64,000 nt of DNA from an uncultured Planctomycetaceae bacterium (lineage in GTDB: Bacteria > Planctomycetota > Planctomycetia > Pirellulales > PALSA-1355), in assembly GCA_963779015.1 (NCBI GenBank), contig CAVZWY010000011.1, forward strand, positions 20,344-84,343. Direction: 5' to 3'. A program made the position numbers and the translations under genes. Positions 58,684 through 64,000 of this stretch are shown one piece after another. How positions within the stretch are numbered: the stretch's first letter is position 1; every line of letters starts with the position of its first letter. The notes beneath the pieces were generated by a model that saw only the letters and a list, made by a program, of their open reading frames with translations, was not told the DNA's origin and did no database searches.

Positions 58684-60325
58684 ATTTGAATAGGGTGTAA
58701 CTCGCAGATCTCTATGCCGCGGAGCGCCGGTATAGCTTGGTTTGTTCAGTTTCAATGCGGTAGTTCAGGAAGTCGTTCCATTGTCCGTTGAGGTAGGTGG
58801 CGCGCAGGTGGAGCATCGCTTGCGCCGGCGACCGTCCAGCGCATGCCGGTTTGTTCCAGGCGATCCTTGACCACGTGGCGGCAAGCGCCTTCGGCCACGC
58901 CGCTGCCGATGGGGTAGCCGGCCGCCAGGTACTCGTCGTACGCGCATGTGCCGGCGGTTGTTTGCGCAGTAGCCGATGGCCGCCGAGACGACGCGCCGCC
59001 GCGAGCCATGTAGCGCGTGTTCGTCGCGGAGTCGTTTGAAGCGACCGATGACATAACCCACCTTGCCTTCCAGCAACAGCCGCAAGTGCCGCGTGACAAA
59101 CTGAGCCGCCTCACGGCTGCCTTCGCGGTGGAACACGTGGGCCACCTGCCACAACCGCTCCAGCACGTGGAACAAGTCCAGGATGCAGACCGCCCGCGGC
59201 AGCCACTCGCGCTGCACCTCCCACAGCGCCTTCTCGCCGTCCATCAGGCAGACCAGTGTCTTCGCGCTGTGTGGGTCGCGCTCGTGACAGGCCACCGCCA
59301 TCTCGACAAACAGACGTTCGCGTCCCGTACACGATTCTCCTTCCCGCACGCGGGTCATCTCGGCCCAAACCTGCTTGTGTTGCGGCGCGGGCCGCTCGGC
59401 AGCGCGTTCTTTCCGGTCCAGTTCGTCGAGCACGTCGTCGGCCGTGCGGCGAAAGGGGTCGATCGTATACACCGCGCCCACGTAGGCCATCTGTTTCTTG
59501 TTCGCTTTTTCGCCTTTGCCGCGACGCGGTCCGCGGCGGACCCGCTCTTCCAGCGGGCGGCGCATCGGCACCCCTTTGCCGTCGGCCGTGGCTACCAGGA
59601 TCTCGGCCTCTTCGTCGGCCGGCGGCGCGGCGCGCTCGAACTGGAAGGCTTCGACGTGCTGGGCCATCTGCTGGTTCATCTGCTCGGCCGCCCGTTCACT
59701 CGGCGCGACACCCAACCACGCGTGCAGATCGGACACCGCTTCGTGAAACGACTCCTTGACGCACAGCCGCTCGAGCCAGTCTTCCAGGACGTAGGAGAAC
59801 TCGCCGGCCGGCAGCCCCAGCCGCTCGTCCAAGGGCGCCCGCTCGACTTTCTGCCCTTCCCGCGCCGCGTAGACGTAGCGGCCGATCAACAGTTCGCCGA
59901 AGATCGACAGGTAGCGGCGCACGTGCCGGCCTTGCAAACGGCGGACCGTGCGGCCTTGGGTGGTTTCCAGTGTCGCGCCCGCGTCGCCATCCCCCGCGGC
60001 GGCCACGAAGGCCGACAGCAGCGTGTGTCCCAGCGCCAGCAGCCGGCCGAACAGTTCACGTTCCACTTGATCGATCCGCTGGCCGCCGTCGGCCGCGCGT
60101 TCGACGTACATTTCCAACGCCTGGAATTGCCGTTGCGCCTTGAGAAACGCTTGCTCCCGTGCGACGATCATGGCCGGGCCTCCTGGATGGGTGGGAAGGA
60201 CTGCAATCACAATCCGTTCTACCCGCGGAGGCCCTCTTCTTCACCTTCACGCTAGCACTTGCCGCAACTCCTTGTGAATCCACCTGCTACCACGCGAGGA
60301 ATGCGAGTTACACCCATTTGAATAT
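58684..60325 (-). mobile_element. Second, divergent ISKra4-family insertion sequence (~1.64 kb) with imperfect terminal inverted repeats
   Basis: Left end tttgaatagggtgtaactcgca (58684-58705); right end tgcgagttacacccatttgaatat (60302-60325); the transposase stop lies 7 bp inside the left IR. Confidence 0.65.
58712..60173 (-). CDS. ISKra4-family transposase (paralog of the copy at 50592); two apparent frameshifts near the 3' end (near 58930 and 58800)
   Basis: KQMAYVGAVYTIDP; C-terminal YLAAGYPIGSGVAEGACRHVVKDRLEQTGMRW, then ...LHLRATYLNGQWNDFLNYRIE in a shifted frame. Confidence 0.75.
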
Positions 60326-60569
60326 GTCGATTACGCCGCTATCCGCCGAGTTGGCACGCATCATCGAGGATCAAGCAACAGCTCTCGGTTTTCCCAGCGC
60401 CGAGGCTTATTTGCAGGTCCTCTTCGGCACGAAGGGAGTCGATGCAATCCCTGCGGACCTTTCCGACGAGGAGTTCTTGCAGGTTCTCGACGAACTTAGC
60501 GCCGAGCAGAACCTGCCGTCGTTGCCTGCTGATTTTTCGCGGGCCGATATCTACTCCGACCACGACTAA
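60324..60569 (+). CDS. Hypothetical small acidic protein, possible antitoxin of the downstream PIN toxin (start codon spans the IS boundary)
   Basis: 81 aa MSITPLSAELARIIEDQATALGFPSAEAYLQVLFG...; lies immediately upstream of the PIN gene once the IS200 element is removed. Confidence 0.35.
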   Translation: MSITPLSAELARIIEDQATALGFPSAEAYLQVLFGTKGVDAIPADLSDEEFLQVLDELSAEQNLPSLPADFSRADIYSDHD

Positions 60570-61210
60570 TCGACCACGGCCAGAGGCCGTGGGTTTAGGA
60601 AGGCCCCTCCGAAGGGGCCGGATACATGGGGAAGGCCCCGTTGGGGCCACTAGGGTTACTCCAAATCCAACTTGCCTTGCCGTTCGTCCTGTTGCTCTTG
60701 CTCACGGATGTACTGGCGCACTCGCATTTCATCCAGCCCAACCGTGCTCACACAGTAGCCAGCGGCCCAAAAATGCAAGCCTGTCATCCTTCGTTCCTTC
60801 AGCAACTCACGGTGGATGCGAACCGCACTCTTGCCTTTCAGGAACCCGATCGTGTGCGCCACGCTGTACTTGGGCGGGATGCTCAAGCACATGTGGATGT
60901 GGTCCGGCATGCAGCGCCCCTCCAGCAACTCGATTCCTCGCTGGCGACACAGCTCTCGCAGAATCGCCCCTACTTCCCGTTTCAATCGTCCGTAAAATAC
61001 CCGACGCCGAAACTTTGGTATGATCACCACGTGGTACTTGCATTCCCACCGCACGTGGGAAAGACTTTGCCAGTCGTGCATAGGTTGCTCCTTCCTGCCC
61101 CAACGGGCCTTCCCGGAAGGACAGCCTATGCCGTCTGGCAACTCCATGCACCACGCACCGCTCCGAAGCTCTTCGGGTCACACGGCCAGAGGCCGTGGGT
61201 TTAATGACTG
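60570..61210 (-). mobile_element. IS200/IS605-family element (~640 bp) with matching subterminal hairpins at both ends
   Basis: cacggccagaggccgtgggttta at 60583-60605 and again at 61181-61203 (direct orientation; 8-bp stem ccacggcc/ggccgtgg); further GC-rich hairpins at 60610-60650. Confidence 0.7.
60656..61081 (-). CDS. tnpA: IS200/IS605-family Y1 (HUH) transposase TnpA
   Basis: HVVIIPKFRR...PDHIHMCLSIPP (HuH) ...AAGYCVSTVG (catalytic Tyr); 142 aa. Confidence 0.85.
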   Translation of the reverse strand: MHDWQSLSHVRWECKYHVVIIPKFRRRVFYGRLKREVGAILRELCRQRGIELLEGRCMPDHIHMCLSIPPKYSVAHTIGFLKGKSAVRIHRELLKERRMTGLHFWAAGYCVSTVGLDEMRVRQYIREQEQQDERQGKLDLE

Positions 61211-61215
61211 ACTAA

Positions 61216-61671
61216 ATGCTGTATCTTATCGATACTGGTGTTCTGTTGCGTGCGGTCGATCGCCAGTGCCGGGAACACGCCGCGATTCTCAAAGCGCTGC
61301 GCGAACTGCATGGCCGGCACGACCGGCTGGCCACCTCGGTGCAGTGTATTCGAGAGTTCTGGGCCGTTTCGACACGTCCGGCGGCTGCCCGCGGCGGCTA
61401 CGGTCGTTCCGTCGAACAAACGCTTCGTTGGGTTCGTTCCTTCGAGCGGATCCTCCAAGTTTTGCCGGAGACGCCAGCGACATACGCACGTTGGCGTCAG
61501 ATCGTCGAGCAGTACGCGGTTACAGGCGTTCAGATGCACGATGCGAATTTGGTGGCGGTTGCGGATACTTATGACGCGACGTCCCTAATCACGCTCAACC
61601 CGGGCGACTTTGCACGGTATTCAACCTTGCAGGTATTCACGCCGAATCAAATTGCCGCAGCAGGGCCGTGA
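61216..61671 (+). CDS. PIN-domain protein (VapC-like toxin)
   Basis: MLYLIDTGVLL (N-terminal D), ...HDANLVAVA...; 151 aa. Confidence 0.7.
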   Translation: MLYLIDTGVLLRAVDRQCREHAAILKALRELHGRHDRLATSVQCIREFWAVSTRPAAARGGYGRSVEQTLRWVRSFERILQVLPETPATYARWRQIVEQYAVTGVQMHDANLVAVADTYDATSLITLNPGDFARYSTLQVFTPNQIAAAGP

Positions 61672-61783
61672 TTTTCCAGACGGCAATTGCTACCGAGAGA
61701 AGTAAAACCCAGTCGAAAAATGAAGGTGATCAGGCTCCGACGACCGAGCGCCTGCGGCAATCAGTCGAGTCTGGGAGAATTCT

Positions 61784-61816
61784 TTTGACTTTATCCAAGG
61801 GGGGGGGCGCATAATA
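61784..61816 (+). promoter_or_regulatory. Candidate sigma70-like promoter TTGACT-N19/21-(c)ATAATA with a G9 homopolymer in the spacer
   Basis: ttgact at 61784-61789, G-run at 61798-61806, cataataa at 61809-61816, about 80 nt upstream of the FGE-domain gene. Confidence 0.2.
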
Positions 61817-61893
61817 AGGGTGCTCACGCCGACCCGCAAATCAGCCGTCCTTGGTAACGCTAGTCAAAGCATCGCGCCTTCGCCGAAGAAACC

Positions 61894-62973
61894 ATGAGCG
61901 CATCCTCATATCGACTGCTACTGGTCCTATGCCTTTCTTGCCAGTCCGCATGGGCAGTGACGCTCGACACGGTGCCGATTGGTGACCCCGGCAATGGCCC
62001 GGATCCGTACTGGTTGGGCACCTACGGCCCGTTGGGCGATGTGGATTACAACTATCGAATTGGCACCTATGAGGTGACTAACTCGCAGTACGTTGAATTC
62101 CTCAACGCCAAAGCGAAGAGCGATCCACTAAATCTCTACGACTTTGATATGACCGGCAACGTCGTCGGCGGCATTACGCGTAGCGGCATCGATGGGAGCT
62201 ATTCGTACGCGGTGAAGCCGAACATGGGCGACAAGCCCGTCAACTATGTCTCGATGTACAGCGCGCTTCGTTTTGCTAATTGGATGAACAATGGGCGCTT
62301 CGTTTTGCTAATTGGATGAACAATGGGCAAGGTGGCGGAGACACCGAGGTAGGTTTGTATGATCTGTCAGCCCGTACCCGAGAAGTACGATCGCCTTCCA
62401 GGCGCAACTTGGGTGCTGCCAACAGAGAACGAGTGGTACAAGGCTGCTTACTATGACCCGCGCACAGAGTCCGAAGGTGGGCCACCGGGCGACGACCACT
62501 ATTGGCTGTATCCCACGCAGAGCGACGTCGCTCCAACAATAGCCACGGCAAACAGCGTGGGCGACATCAGCAATCCCGGGTTCAACGTTGCCAACTACGA
62601 CCAAGGGGCCAACTGGAATGGAACAACAGACGGCAATCTTACGACTGTCGGAAGCGCCGGTCCCGATAGCGTGACCTACTACGGAACGTACGATCAGGCG
62701 GGCAACGTGGGCGAATGGGATGTGTGGCCAATCGGACAACATGTAAGCGGCCTGGGCGGCGCCTACGCGTTTGATTCCAGTTTCATGACGGCTTACGCTC
62801 GCAACGTGGCATCTGTCAGTGGAATCGGGCCGGACTCTCCCCTCGACTTTGTCGGGTTTCGCCTTGCCTATGTTCCCGAACCGAGTTCGCTCGTGCTCTT
62901 CGCTTCGGGGCTAATTCTTTTTGCAATTTGGCAGCGGCGCATGCGATCGCGAATTGCCGAATGCCACTCATAG
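61894..62973 (+). pseudogene. FGE-sulfatase (SUMF1-like) domain protein with C-terminal PEP-CTERM anchor, disrupted by a 32-bp tandem duplication (plus a probable 1-nt indel near 62370)
   Basis: Signal peptide; ...YVSMYSALRFANWMNNG | duplicated unit | ...; WVLPTENEWYKAAYYDP, GNVGEWD; C-terminal VPEPSSLVLFASGLILFAIWQRRMRSR (PEP-CTERM). Confidence 0.55.
62263..62326. repeat. Perfect 2 x 32-bp tandem duplication (gcgcttcgttttgctaattggatgaacaatgg) inside a coding sequence
   Basis: Units at 62263-62294 and 62295-62326 are identical; 32 is not a multiple of 3, so the second copy shifts the frame and creates the stop at 62317-62319. Confidence 0.9.
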
Positions 62974-63106
62974 CGGCAATCGGAAGCGCCGCTCGTTTGC
63001 CGGCGGCCAGGCGCCCCGGCTAGAACCGCCCTCCCATCTCCCCTGCCCTTGTTTGGGTTGCGGGTTATATTGCACCTGTTCGCATATTCACCACCGGAGG
63101 GCTCTA

Positions 63107-64000
63107 TTGGTGCGCGAGCCGGTAATCAGCAGCTCGGTTTCCAATAACGAAGACGACCGCCTGCTGCGCCCCGCAGTCGATGGGCGAAATGGTGGGTCAG
63201 CGCGACGTGTTCGCGGTTGGAAATCGCCGTCGACTCGGCCCGCAAGCGGAGCGACACGCTGGGGCACATTTGTTCGACGGCCCGCCGGGGCTAGGCAAGA
63301 CCACGTTTGCCACCTGCATCCCGCGCAACTTGGGCGTGCCATTTCAACTGGCCAGCGGCGCCGTGCTGCAAGCACCCAAGGACCTGATTCCTTATCTGAC
63401 CAACGCCGAAGAGCACTCGGTGTTGTTCATCGACGAGATCCATCGCTTGCCCAAGGCGGTGGAGGAGTTTCTCTATCCGGCGATGGAGGACTTTCGCATC
63501 GACATTTTGCTGGGCGAGGGGGTGAACGCGCGCACCATCAATATGACGCTGCGGCCGTTTACGCTGATCGGCGCCACGACCGCGCGGCTTGCTTTCGGCC
63601 CCCTTCGCGATCGGTTTCAAATCCGCGAACATCTGGATTTTTACAATATTGATGAACTGGCCGAGATCGTCTCACGTAATTCCAGGAAACTAAACATGCA
63701 AGTCGACGCGACCGCGGCCCGCGAGATTGCCGGACGCAGTCGGGGAACTCCGCGATTGGCCAATAACCGGCTCCGCTGGGTTCGCGACTATGCGACCAGC
63801 AAGTGCGGCGGCAAAGCGTCGCCTCAAGTGGGTGCCGGCGATGTGCTTGACATGCAAGGCATCGACATCAAGGGCCTGGACGGTCAGGACCGCAAATACC
63901 TATCGACAATTCTACGCGTGTTCCAAGGGGGACCGGTGGGCGTGGAGGCCGTGGCCCATACGATGAATCTGGCCGTCGATACGCTGGAAGACGAGATCGA
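63107..64000 (+). CDS. ruvB: Holliday junction DNA helicase RuvB (5' part; continues beyond window end); compensating frameshifts near 63210 and 63275
   Basis: ...LRP..VGQRDV / LEIAVDSARKRSDTLGHI / LFDGPPGLGKTTFA...VLFIDEIHRL...LIGATTRAG...GTPRLANNRLRWVRDYA. Confidence 0.85.

Noticed and set aside
50501-60325. Composite transposon bounded by the two ISKra4-family copies
   Set aside because: The two IS have different terminal repeats and divergent transposases. The internal DNA is core housekeeping (cysS, ruvCA, ispF, ABC transporter). Copy 1 has its own 9-bp duplication consistent with a simple insertion.

Overview
High-GC (~65%) chromosomal window, probably from a Planctomycetota (Pirellulales-like) genome. 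This is inferred from PSCyt1-type CxxCH domains, a DUF1080-ThuA fusion, a PEP-CTERM protein, DUF4912/Rho_N, ISKra4-family insertion sequences and the overall protein vocabulary.

Content by region:
- 1-5.6 kb: the 5' part of metH (minus strand, running off the window start), then a co-directional, translationally coupled trio of a membrane-anchored Pro/Ala-rich protein, a ParA/MinD-fold pseudo-ATPase and an ExeA/GspA-like AAA+ ATPase, then a GT39-like glycosyltransferase.
- 5.7-8.6 kb: a redox cluster of two FAD oxidoreductases (one ThiO-like) and a glutaredoxin.
- 8.7-13.6 kb: a Ser/Thr kinase, an HExxH protein and a PSCyt1-domain secreted protein.
- 13.8-22.5 kb: LarE-like PP-loop ATPase, hisA, an EF-G paralog, a parDE toxin-antitoxin pair, cysE, and a large YfhO-family membrane protein.
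- 23.0-31.3 kb: a complete F1Fo ATP synthase operon on the minus strand, in the order atpZ-atpI-atpB-atpE-atpF-atpH-atpA-atpG-atpD-atpC.
- 32-48 kb: a Rho_N/DUF4912 protein, a UVR-domain protein, a coiled-coil membrane protein, a TatD-like hydrolase, a DUF433/DUF5615 TA-like pair, a DUF1080-ThuA protein, a type-I phosphodiesterase, a UbiA prenyltransferase, a sugar-phosphate isomerase, secreted hypothetical proteins and msrB.
- 48-52 kb: a flotillin/NfeD (yqiK/yqiJ-like) pair whose nfeD is split by an ISKra4-family insertion sequence.
- 52-58.6 kb: an ABC-2 transporter, ispF, cysS, ruvC and ruvA.
- 58.7-63.0 kb: an accessory insertion sitting between ruvA and ruvB. It carries a second ISKra4-family IS, an IS200/IS605 element wedged between a putative antitoxin and a PIN toxin, and an FGE-sulfatase/PEP-CTERM gene disrupted by a 32-bp tandem duplication. 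ruvB then runs off the window end.

Many genes carry single-base frame disruptions, and those I resolved sit in short homopolymers, so they look like sequencing/assembly indels rather than gene decay. No tRNA, rRNA or CRISPR features were found.
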